From: Naegleria gruberi
Lineage: Eukaryota
Length of the DNA: 64,000 bases
Reading direction: 5' to 3' (one strand)
NCBI GenBank assembly: GCA_000004985.1
Contig: GG738867.1
A program made the position numbers and the translations under genes. The notes under the pieces were generated by a model. That model did no database searches and had not been told where the DNA came from. It saw only the letters and a list, made by a program, of their open reading frames with translations. Below are positions 45,446-55,549 of the stretch, piece by piece. Positions within the stretch are counted from its first letter, which is position 1. Every line of letters begins with the position of its first letter.

Positions 45446-46714
45446 TCACTTAAATTGGCAGTTCTTTATGTTGTGTGATAATAATATTTTCAAATTATCA
45501 CTAAGTGAAATTTTCCCTCCATAAATATAAAGCAGTTTTAAATTTTTCATTTCCAAAAAAGATTGGGCACCTTCATCTCCAAATTTGTTAAATCTCACAT
45601 CCAATTCAGTCAATTGACCTAATTCGCTTAAATATTTAGCTCCCTGATCTTCAATCATATTGCTACAAATAATTAGAATTCTCAATTATTTCATTCCACT
45701 AATAAATTTACAACCTTCATCTCCAATTGAATTCTCAGAAATGTCCAAACTAGTCAAATTCTTCATTTCACTTATTGAAATAGTTTCCGAAGGTCCAATA
45801 GAATTGTACATAATGCTTAGATTAGTCAAATTATTCATTTCACTTATTAATTTTGCCTTCGCATGGTAAATTCCATTTTCATCAATTCTCAAACTTTTCA
45901 ATTGATTCATCTTTATGAGATGGTTGATTCCTGCGATTGTAAAATTATTGAATGCAATGTCAATTTCTAATAATTGATTCATCTTGCTAATATAATTCAA
46001 ACCTTCATCATCTATATAATTACTACACAAGTTCAGTTTTGTTAATTTTTTGAGTTGACTAATTGATTTGGCTTCTTCGGTTCCAATTTCATTTCTATTC
46101 AAGTAAAGTTCTTCTAATTCGTTTAATTCATTAATAAACTTGGCTATTTCAGATCCAAATCTGGTACAATTAATAGATAGCTTTTTCAATTGTTTCATTT
46201 TTCTAATTGATTTCAATCCTTCAATGTCAAATTCACAAAATAGCAAATCTAGATCCGTAACTTGATTCAGTTGACTAACATTTTCTAATCCTCCAGTTGG
46301 AAACACACCATTGGTAATACTTAATGATGTTAATTGGTTTAAATTGCCTATAGATTCGGATTCCTTAACACTAATCTCGCCAAATAAACATAATTTTAAA
46401 GCAGTCAACTGTCTCATTAATTTAATGACTTGCCAAAAGTTCTCTCGATTTTTAATTCCATTAAATGAAAGTGAAATTTCGATATTCACAATTCTGTCTA
46501 GAAATTGGCTCTTCTGCAACATGGTTACAGTTTAATCACAGCAAGCTAGGAATAAAATGTCAAGTTTCGAATAATTTTTAACTATTTTAAACCATTGCTT
46601 GGAAATTAAACAATAATTATTTAGTATTAAATATGAATTATCAAGAAAGGACAAAATTTCAAAGCAAATATCATCATTAAATATTTCCTTCACCTCAGTT
46701 TCGTTTACTTTCAT
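45446..46714 (-). pseudogene. F-box/LRR protein interrupted by two in-frame TAA codons (candidate pseudogene or sequence error)
   Basis: ORFs 46532..46714 (F-box: ICFEILSFLDNSYLILNNYCLISKQW), 45686..46522 (about 10 LRRs) and 45446..45685 (LRRs) are all in one frame, separated only by TAA codons at 46532 and 45686. The second TAA sits where the repeat consensus has Q (MKQL/MNQL), reading ISGMK*LRILIICSNMIEDQG. Confidence 0.45.
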
Positions 46715-46930
46715 TTTTTTAAAATATTAATTCTAATAATCTCAAAAGCAACATCACCACTACTCGAATATATTTCACCTAAAACTAATGAGAATTTAAA
46801 TGTTTCCTAACAAGTTACTAATAATTCTGTTAATTTTCCCAATTTGGAAATTGTTCATTTCCAATAATTAATTTCTCTATGAAAAAAACAGAACAACCAC
46901 AAGAAATCTTTAAACTAACTATTATTAGGA

Positions 46931-47467
46931 ATGCCCAATAATATTACTGCTACTAGCCACAAATCCTCTCCCGTTCATCATTCCCTAACTTTACAACTTG
47001 TTTCCATCACCAAAGATCCGGACACAAACTTTATTCTCGGACACAGCCACTTTATAAAAACAGTTGAAGATTTGCATGAAACCATCTTCTCTACCAATCC
47101 AAATATCAAATTTGGAATTGCATTTTGTGAAGCAAGTGGAAAGTGTTTGATTAGAACTTCAGGAAATGATCAGAAATTGATTGAAATGGCAATTCTCAAT
47201 GCAAACTTGTTGAGAGCAGGACATACTTTCATAATCATGATTGAGAATGGATTTCCAGTTAATATTTTGAATTCTATTAAGAATGTTCCAGAAGTTTGTA
47301 GAATTTACTGTGCCACTGCTAATCCTACACAAGTCATTGTGTGTCAAACTGAACAGGGAAGAGGATTGATGGGTGTAATTGATGGATCAGAGTCGAAAGG
47401 AGTAGAAACTGAAGATGATGTAAAGGACAGAAAGGAATTATTAAGAAATATTGGTTATAAATTGTAA
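46931..47467 (+). CDS. Small conserved-looking hypothetical protein (178 aa)
   Basis: Clean ORF with GHSHF, IKFGIAF and GHTFIIMIENGFPVNILN motifs. Family not confidently identified. Confidence 0.35.
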   Translation: MPNNITATSHKSSPVHHSLTLQLVSITKDPDTNFILGHSHFIKTVEDLHETIFSTNPNIKFGIAFCEASGKCLIRTSGNDQKLIEMAILNANLLRAGHTFIIMIENGFPVNILNSIKNVPEVCRIYCATANPTQVIVCQTEQGRGLMGVIDGSESKGVETEDDVKDRKELLRNIGYKL

Positions 47468-47696
47468 ACATTTTTCAATATGACAACAGAATATTCTAGA
47501 ATATTCACCAATTCTTGTCCTGTGAAGAGGAGTAACTAAACGGAGATCTCTAATGTTGTCGTGGAGTGTTATCTCTTTTCAATTTTGGAAAGTTTTGAGT
47601 TTTCTATGAATAATATCTCCAAGAGATCCTTATCGTGACAGATTCTGAAATAGTTTGTTAATAACTATTAAACTAAAAAAATAGACCAACAACGGT

Positions 47697-48755
47697 ATGA
47701 AGAGTTCTGCTACTAATGCTAGTAGGAGGTTAACACCTATCAAGGTGAGAAGTATAAATGACACTTGTCAAGGTGAAAATTGTTTTCTTTCAGTTCCAGT
47801 AATTTATCCATCAATAAGTAATGGGAATAATTTACATATTCCAAATACAAGAAATAGGAGTAAGACATTGGGTGTACCTTCTCCATTTCCATCCTCACTT
47901 TCATTAGTCCAAAAATCAACTCGTTCGAATTCTTTAGAACTTGAAAATATTCAAACATCAACATTTCACGGATTGACAACTCCACAAAGTCAATTAATGA
48001 AAGTATTGTATTTGAGTGAGAAGGATACACCAACAGAAGAGTCAACTGAAGCAATTCCGCAACCAAAGAAAGAGTCAAATCATCATTTGACAGTTGATAC
48101 CTTTGTAAATTCCTCAGCTTCTTCAAGTAGTTGTGACAGTTTTCTTTCATTAACATTTTCATCAAATCCTCAAACTCCAACCATTCCTGAAAATCAAGAA
48201 CCTCAATCACCAAAAGAGGATGCATCCGACCAAGTAATTAGTGAAGGACAAATCATTTCGAGTATATTTGTGGAGATTGTTCGATATTTGATTTTACCAT
48301 TCTTTGATTTTCTCATTTATCTGATTGGATTCATGCTCAACCAAGATGATACTCCAACTATTCATGTTATTAAGGCAAGTGGATCGAATTGTTCAACAAA
48401 AAAACTTTCGAATAATGTTGGTGATTTGCTTCATAATCACTTTAATCCTCCACGTATTTCTGGAGAATTGTCTGATAAGAAATTTGTAAAAGAAATTTCT
48501 TTTCAAATTCCTGAGACAAAGGAAGAGGAATCACTTTTCCAATTCAATCTATTCCAACATATTTCACATATTAGAAATAGTTTGTTTGGATGGCTCTCCA
48601 CTCACAACAAAACACTCTTTACAAGAAATGGAAAGAGTTGCAGAGCTTTGGTTAGAAATGAAGTGAAACATTTGAATACTTTGGCAACCTGTGAGTTTTC
48701 CCAAGCGAAGAGTCTAACAGATCTGATTGAATATTGGAAAAAGTCTATGAATTGA
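47697..48755 (+). CDS. Hypothetical S/T-rich protein (352 aa)
   Basis: ORF only; no recognisable domain. Confidence 0.35.
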   Translation: MKSSATNASRRLTPIKVRSINDTCQGENCFLSVPVIYPSISNGNNLHIPNTRNRSKTLGVPSPFPSSLSLVQKSTRSNSLELENIQTSTFHGLTTPQSQLMKVLYLSEKDTPTEESTEAIPQPKKESNHHLTVDTFVNSSASSSSCDSFLSLTFSSNPQTPTIPENQEPQSPKEDASDQVISEGQIISSIFVEIVRYLILPFFDFLIYLIGFMLNQDDTPTIHVIKASGSNCSTKKLSNNVGDLLHNHFNPPRISGELSDKKFVKEISFQIPETKEEESLFQFNLFQHISHIRNSLFGWLSTHNKTLFTRNGKSCRALVRNEVKHLNTLATCEFSQAKSLTDLIEYWKKSMN

Positions 48756-48875
48756 CCTAAAATGGTGAAGTTTAAATTGTAATTTTCTCAGAAATGAAGT
48801 TGGTGAAATTCTAGTGAGCACTCGAACTTCAAAAAACAAGCAAAATAGAAAATTCAAAAAGTAAATTCAAAAAAA

Positions 48876-49691
48876 ATGAAAAGAAATCAACAACTCACAC
48901 TCGGAGACTTTTGCAAACCATCCCAAAAGAAAGTCAAATTAACAGATCAAGGTAGCCGTAGCTCATCGGCTTCTTCCAGTAATTCTTCCGCAAATAGTAC
49001 TCCTCCAATAAAAGAAACCTTCTTGATCAATGATCAAAAGAATGGAGTTCAGGTGAGATATATTCCAAATTTCCTCTCAAGACAAGAATCTACCAAATTA
49101 TTCAATGTTCTACTGCAAACATGTGAATTTGAGAAGGGAAAGTTTAAGATATTTGGAAAGGAAATTATTTCGAATAGACAAATATCGGCATTTGGAGAAC
49201 GTGATTATGAACCATTGTTAAAAGAGGAAAATTATTCGAAACATCATAGAAGACCAGTCCATGATGAGTGGCCAAAAGAATTGACAGATTTGAAGGAAAG
49301 AATTGAAAAGTACACTGGTGACACATTCACATTCGCTCTCATCAATAGATATGATACTGGGGAAAGCTCAATTGGATGGCATTCGGATATGGAGCAAGAT
49401 ATCAAGAAGGATTCGTCAATTGTTTCCATATCTCTGGGAGCTGCAAGAGATTTCAAGTTTAGACCAACTCCCAAGAAGGAAAACTCGAAGAAATCACCAA
49501 CCAAGAAGGATGAAGAAAGTGAAGAGGAAGAGAAGGTTCAAACTATCACTCAAAAATTGGAGAATGGATCAATGGTGATTATGAATTATGCCACCCAAAG
49601 ACACTATCAGCATTCCATTCCAAAAAGAAAGAATCTCAATTCAGTAAGATTGAACATTACATTCCGACATGTTGTGAGAAATAAACCTTGA
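48876..49691 (+). CDS. AlkB-family 2OG-Fe(II) dioxygenase (ALKBH2/3-like alkylation repair)
   Basis: LINRYDTGESSIGWHSDMEQD...ISLGAARDF...GSMVIMNYATQRHYQHSIP...RLNITFRH carries the HxD...H iron triad and the RxNxTFR motif. A-rich start. Confidence 0.75.
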   Translation: MKRNQQLTLGDFCKPSQKKVKLTDQGSRSSSASSSNSSANSTPPIKETFLINDQKNGVQVRYIPNFLSRQESTKLFNVLLQTCEFEKGKFKIFGKEIISNRQISAFGERDYEPLLKEENYSKHHRRPVHDEWPKELTDLKERIEKYTGDTFTFALINRYDTGESSIGWHSDMEQDIKKDSSIVSISLGAARDFKFRPTPKKENSKKSPTKKDEESEEEEKVQTITQKLENGSMVIMNYATQRHYQHSIPKRKNLNSVRLNITFRHVVRNKP

Positions 49692-49825
49692 GTTTATTTC
49701 CTTTTCAAAGATGATGTCCACTAATAAATTATTGTAAAATATTGTTGTATATTAATCCACTTGAAACTGTTTCAGAATGTTTGAAAATGTGCAATTTTCT
49801 CTCATCCCAAAAATTAACAGTCAGA

Positions 49826-50665
49826 TTAATTCATTTCCTCCAATTCATTAGAAGCATGTTCAATTTCATCATTCACACAATCTCTGACAATATCTTGTTG
49901 TTTGCTCAATTGTCTTCTCAAATTTAAAATTCTCAACATGACAACAAAGCTACAACCAATGAATGGCACACAGAAAATCAAAGCAAACAATGCAGTCAAG
50001 ATTAAAATGATATAATCAGCTTCAATATTCAACTCTGGCATTGACTTGTATCTTTCAATCATGACATGCATAACAGAAATACCAACAGCACTCAAAATAA
50101 TTCTAATCACTTGAAAGACAACTGCCAAAATGGAACAAACAAACCAAACAATACTACAATAGAAACGTAAATTAGCCAAACGTAAAGCCTTTGAAATATA
50201 AATTGGATTATACTGATTTTGTTCAGCCCGTGTCAAAATTGCACCCAAAGAAGCACCAAAATCTCCCACAGCAGAACTTCCATGTAAATAAGTAGAATCT
50301 TGTGGATTTGAAGATCCTGGATACAAACTGGCAATAATTCCTCCAATCGATCCAATCATCATGAATACAGCAGTCAATAAATTAATAATCGAAACAATCA
50401 CCATGAAAATTTGTAATTTCTTTGAAAGAGACTCGTCATACTTTTCCAATTCATCAGCATCAGACAAGGCAATAAATGTATTAATGGCCACAGCAAAGAC
50501 AACCATAGACAAGGCAAATTTCAACAAGCAACTCAACCAGTAGAACATTAATTTTCTCGGATGAGCCTTCATGATGGCCATTGTATATTCGGAAGGCTTT
50601 GCATCTACTACTCCTGTTGCTGTTAAATTGGGATTAGGAGTATTATCCTCTTGAAGAAGGGACAT
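49826..50665 (-). CDS. Multi-pass membrane protein (hypothetical, about 6 TM)
   Basis: Hydrophobic helices throughout. No family call. Confidence 0.4.
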   Translation of the reverse strand: MSLLQEDNTPNPNLTATGVVDAKPSEYTMAIMKAHPRKLMFYWLSCLLKFALSMVVFAVAINTFIALSDADELEKYDESLSKKLQIFMVIVSIINLLTAVFMMIGSIGGIIASLYPGSSNPQDSTYLHGSSAVGDFGASLGAILTRAEQNQYNPIYISKALRLANLRFYCSIVWFVCSILAVVFQVIRIILSAVGISVMHVMIERYKSMPELNIEADYIILILTALFALIFCVPFIGCSFVVMLRILNLRRQLSKQQDIVRDCVNDEIEHASNELEEMN

Positions 50666-51012
50666 GATGGTGATGGCAATTTTTTGTGTTACTTTTTAAT
50701 TGTTTGATGGACGGTTGAGGATTATCTTTGGCCATTGGTATAAATTAGGAATTGTTTGAAATTACAATGAAGAAAACTAGCAATGGAGAGTACGATATTC
50801 GATATCTTGCATTTGATGATTAAAATTAATATTCATTCCGATGTGATGAAAATAATGATGATCACTGTAAAATTTTTGTATTAATTTTTAAAAAAAGATC
50901 ATCACAACAAAAGAAGTTCGGAGTTTCAATTCATCATATAGTTTTTAATACAAATAATTAATACAACATAATACAACAAATAATTTAAAATACAATACAT
51001 AATAACAACAGC

Positions 51013-51759
51013 ATGACTAATATTACATCAAAACAAGTTCCTTGTGTTCTTTGTGGAAAATTTACAGCACAAGACATTCTCTTATCAACCAATAGTAGTG
51101 GAGGCTCGGATTTGGATCTTCGTCCACCTCCAATGAAAAGAGATACAATGAGTACATGGCTTCAAAGATGTGATCATTGTGGATTTGTTTCCTATGATAT
51201 TAGTGTATTGCCTGAGACTGATGTAGAAAATCAACCAGAATCTCTTTCTGCTGAATTGGTAAAATCAATTATTGAATCGGATGATTATGTTGAACAATTC
51301 CATTGCAAGAGTTATCCTCGATTGGCTAATACATTCCTCTGTTATGCAATGTTGCAAGAGAGAGGATTTAAGAGTATTCCAGCTTGTGGATGGGCTTGTT
51401 TACGTGCTGGTTGGGTTTGTGATGATGGTGTTAAACATGATAAAATCAATGAGGAAAAGCACAAGGCTAATGCTATTCAATGTAGAAAGAAGGCCATTCA
51501 ATGGTTTGAAAAATGCAGATCGATTGGAAAACCATTCGTTCAACAAAATGGTTCTGAGGAATTAATTTTAATGGATTTATTCAGAAGGTGTTACATGTTT
51601 GAGGATGCTTTGAAGGAATTTACACGTGCTGAAGGTAATAAGAAATATATTGATGAATTTGTTTGGAAATTGCTTGAATTTGAAAACCTTCTTGTTGAAC
51701 AAAAGGATGTGGATTGCTACAAAGTCTCCGATGCACAAATTTGTTTCAAAAAGGATTAA
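51013..51759 (+). CDS. Hypothetical protein with N-terminal CxxC...CxxC zinc-ribbon-like motif
   Basis: CVLCGKF...CDHCGF. ORF only. Confidence 0.35.
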   Translation: MTNITSKQVPCVLCGKFTAQDILLSTNSSGGSDLDLRPPPMKRDTMSTWLQRCDHCGFVSYDISVLPETDVENQPESLSAELVKSIIESDDYVEQFHCKSYPRLANTFLCYAMLQERGFKSIPACGWACLRAGWVCDDGVKHDKINEEKHKANAIQCRKKAIQWFEKCRSIGKPFVQQNGSEELILMDLFRRCYMFEDALKEFTRAEGNKKYIDEFVWKLLEFENLLVEQKDVDCYKVSDAQICFKKD

Positions 51760-51796
51760 ATTGTATTTTAATAATTCTTTTACATGACCTAGAGTT

Positions 51797-54382
51797 TTAC
51801 TTTTCATCCATACGCAAACAACCATCCCAAACAGTACCAGTTTCGATAAGGTTTTTACAAAAGTCAATCTTTTGCATAACAAGATTATCCTTCCATGTAA
51901 TATGTTCAAAGAATGCAAGACCTGCAAGAGGATCACATTTTTCAAGCAATTCATCAATGCCACTGCAATACAGTGACAAGTCCTTTTCGAAAAATGTTTC
52001 AATTTGCTTGTTAGGAATGTCACAGCGATCGAGAACAGAGTAGCATGGCAAGTAAGTGTCCTTTCCTTTCACTGCAACATTATCAACTTTTCTGAATATC
52101 ATTTCATCTACAGAGATTTCATCAATGTTCAAACTCTTGAACAATCCCAAATTACGTTGCTCTGATTTGGAAATGTGTTGCTCTCTACCTTCTTGTTCTA
52201 ACATTTGGAATTGGGTGACTGTTTGGTACATTGTCTCTGTGACAAGGATTTCAGTACCATATCTCTTATTGAGACTTTCTAATCTTGATGTGGTATTAAC
52301 AACATCTCCTAGAATGGTATATTGGAAACGAGAATTACTTCCAAAATTACCTCTCTTAACAGGACCACAATTCAGACCAATACGACATTCTAATTGAGGT
52401 AATCCTTCACGTTCCCAAATTTTCCACATTGATTTGAGGTATCTAACACTTGCAAGAGAAACTTGACAAGCAATTTTAATTTGCTTTTGTAAGCCTCCAT
52501 ATTGACATTCATAGAACTGTATATTTTTCAAATATTATTATTTCTGCTTTAATACTTACAGACACTTGCAAATGTAAATAATCCACTGAATGAAGTAATA
52601 ATACTTACTGACACAATCGCCAATATATTTGTCCAGAATTCCTCCACCATCTAATACCAAACTGGTGAGACCTTCAAATGCATCTGACATGACTCTTACT
52701 AACTGGTTTGGTGTCAACTTTTCACTGTATGAAGTAAAGTTCTTAATATCAAGGAATGAAACAACACATAGAATATCTTCAAGACCTAGCACTGCAGTCT
52801 TTCTGTTGGTCATCAACTCTTGGGATACACAAGTTGGAACGTATTTAGTGAAACTGGTAATGTTACAGTGAATGCCTCTAAAGTTTTCAGCAAGATCAGC
52901 AATTTCTTTATAGCTGCTTTTGATGGCCATAGATTGATTCACTCCATCTGAGTTTAATTTTAAGGTTCTTACATCTCGGAAACTATCAGTCAACTGTCTA
53001 ATGGTTCTCATAAAGCACCTATCCACAATCATCAAAGAAGTGATAGCAGCCACAATAGTACCAATTGGTACGAGCATTACAAGAATGGCCATGAATCCTG
53101 TGCTGCTGTTATCTTCATAACTTTTAACCATTATCAAATTCCAAAAACCATCATAGACACTATTTTGAAGGGAGAAACCTGAAGATACCAATGAAGAACT
53201 GGCCAAATCTACTCTTACCACAGCTCCTGTAAAGGTTGAAATGAAAGAAGAATCAATCTTGTATGAATTAGGTGAGGTTGTGGTTATCAGTGGATTGTTA
53301 TTCTTAACAAGAACGAATCCATATTGAGGATCTGATGTTAACAATGTTCTAATGTAGTCCTCACTCAAAATATAACCAATGCATCCATATGACTCATTAT
53401 TTGAATTGTACAGTCTTTTGGATATGGCTCCAATGTTAGAGGAAACTACAGGCTCTATAATTGTTGTTGGAGAAATAATCTTCATCTCTAATGTTGACTC
53501 TGAACATAATTGAGCAAGTATTGGTTTTGTGACAATGAGGGAACTGAGCGAGGTATTTACAGATGGCAGGCTAGTCAGTTTTTTTTCAATGAGATAGTTC
53601 TTAGCATCAGCAATACCAATCTCTTGAGAGAGTTTCTCCTTGTCAGATAATGATTGAATTATTGTTTGGAAATTGATAGTACTTGATGAAAGAGTCTTGG
53701 TAGCAATCAAATCATGAGATGAATCATATGAAATGAAAATTCCTCCAATTTCATGCCCTAGAACAATATTCTTTTGTAATAATAAGTTTCTTATCAATTC
53801 AACTTGGGAATAGGAAGAAAGAGATTGAGATATGGAGTGAATTTTCAATTGTGAGATTAAATCTTCCAAATCTCTTGATAGGCTATTTACAACATACTGG
53901 AGAGCTCTACCAGTTTGAACATTTTGACTAGACATGAATGAATTTGTAGAATTGGCTGAGAGTTGAAAATGTACACCTAGACAAACAACCCACACAATGA
54001 GAGTTGTTAGAAATACAAGCGAAACGCTTAGACATGTAACTGTGAGTGGAATGCTACAAAATCCCTTTCGTTGCTTCTTCTTAGCTCGGATGGATTCCAA
54101 TTCAATAGGTCGAACACCAGGACTTGCAATAAAGCTCTTGGAAGAAACGAGCCCTCTTCCCATTGGACCGCCATTACTCACCCTCTTTAAACGAGCAGAA
54201 GGCTTTACCGAAGAATTCAACCCTCCCGAGACTGAATATATCGATTGCACACTTCTTCTCATGGAAGTCACAGAGTTGGTTAGTACTTGATGTAAGGATG
54301 GTGTAGGGCTTCCAATCACTTCAATATTCTTCATGGAAAGCGTCTCTTCATCATGAAGGGTTCTTGATGAGTTAGTAGACAT
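51797..54382 (-). CDS. Receptor-type class III adenylyl cyclase (architecture: N-term / TM / about 300-aa extracellular sensor / TM / cyclase; ACG-like), 2 exons: 52613..54382, 51800..52516
   Basis: The cyclase domain is split by a 96-nt intron (52517..52612, GTCAGT..ATACAG, phase 0): ...[13 protein letters not shown]...DKYIGDC|FYECQYGGL...[16 protein letters not shown]...[16 protein letters not shown]. Two TM helices flank a roughly 300-aa domain. The true ATG (MSTNSS) is at 54382. Confidence 0.7.
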
Positions 54383-55549
54383 ATTGTACAATTAAGGCTA
54401 GGAAATATTATGAAGGTATAATGATAACTATTAAAAATCACACACAATACTATTAGTATAATTAGTAGCGAATGTAATGAACAAGATGAAAATAAGAAAC
54501 CCAAGTTCTTATTGTTATATTATTACTCACAATAGAAAGTCAGTTTCCTCTTCCAGAACAAAATACCAACCGACGACGACCGTTTTAAATTGCTGCTGTT
54601 GCTGCTGATAAAAGCAAGATAATCGTGTTGCGTTTGCGAGCTATTGATTGCGTGCGTTTTTTTTAAGGTTGAGGAGCGCAATTATGAGTTCTTCTCTTCG
54701 CCTTAATAGGAGCGTATTTTAGGAAATAGTGCCTTTATTTGGCGTAATCCGTATACGATTAATAGTCTTCAGTTCATTTCTTTCTTGGTATTAAGATTTA
54801 ATACATGTTGTATTCACTTGGACCAAAAGCTTGTATTGAAAATCAATATGAGAGGATGGCACCATTCATTACATTGGTTATGGAATAAAATATGAATATT
54901 AACGTAAAAAGCTTCTTCGACCAACTTGTCTTTGAATTACGAAATACTTTTGGGTCACCAATTGACAGTGGAAGTTTGCTCTAAAAACATTTACCACCTT
55001 GATACTTGTATTCCTTATTTCAATATATGTGAAATTATTAGAAGTTTCTAAGATACTGATAATAATCTCAACTTTTCATACTGCAAACTATTGTAATATC
55101 ATCTCGTTTGGAGCTTTTATCTCGCAAAATTCCATTTTCTTCTGCTTGTTCCATAAATGGTGTTGTAACAGATTGATCATTATGTGATTTCATAATTCTT
55201 CTTGTATGATTGCATAGTTCAATACACAAACCTGCCATATTATCTTGATATTATCATAATATTCGAATCTCCTAAATTACAAACTCTCATCTCTTTTTCA
55301 GTCAATTGAGCACAAACAAACAGTTGTACTTCCCTTCTCAACTAACTTTTCTTCAACCATCCATTCAAGCAATAGATGCCAAAAAGGCTGTAGTTTCTTC
55401 TCCTTTGATCGATTCAGGGAGAAAACCAATAGTTTAGTCGAATATAATGAATTGTGCTTGCGTAGATTCATGCCCATTTTCATGAAATGGTAAAGAGCTG
55501 ATGTATAAAAAATGCAATCCTAACCTAAACTTATTTAATTAGTATCCAA

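Noticed and set aside
46508-46533. 26-nt GT..AG (gtgattaaactgtaaccatgttgcag) that would splice out the first TAA of the F-box/LRR gene
   Set aside because: It is far shorter than any supported intron here (40 nt or more) and has a poor GTGATT donor. Pseudogene or error is more likely.
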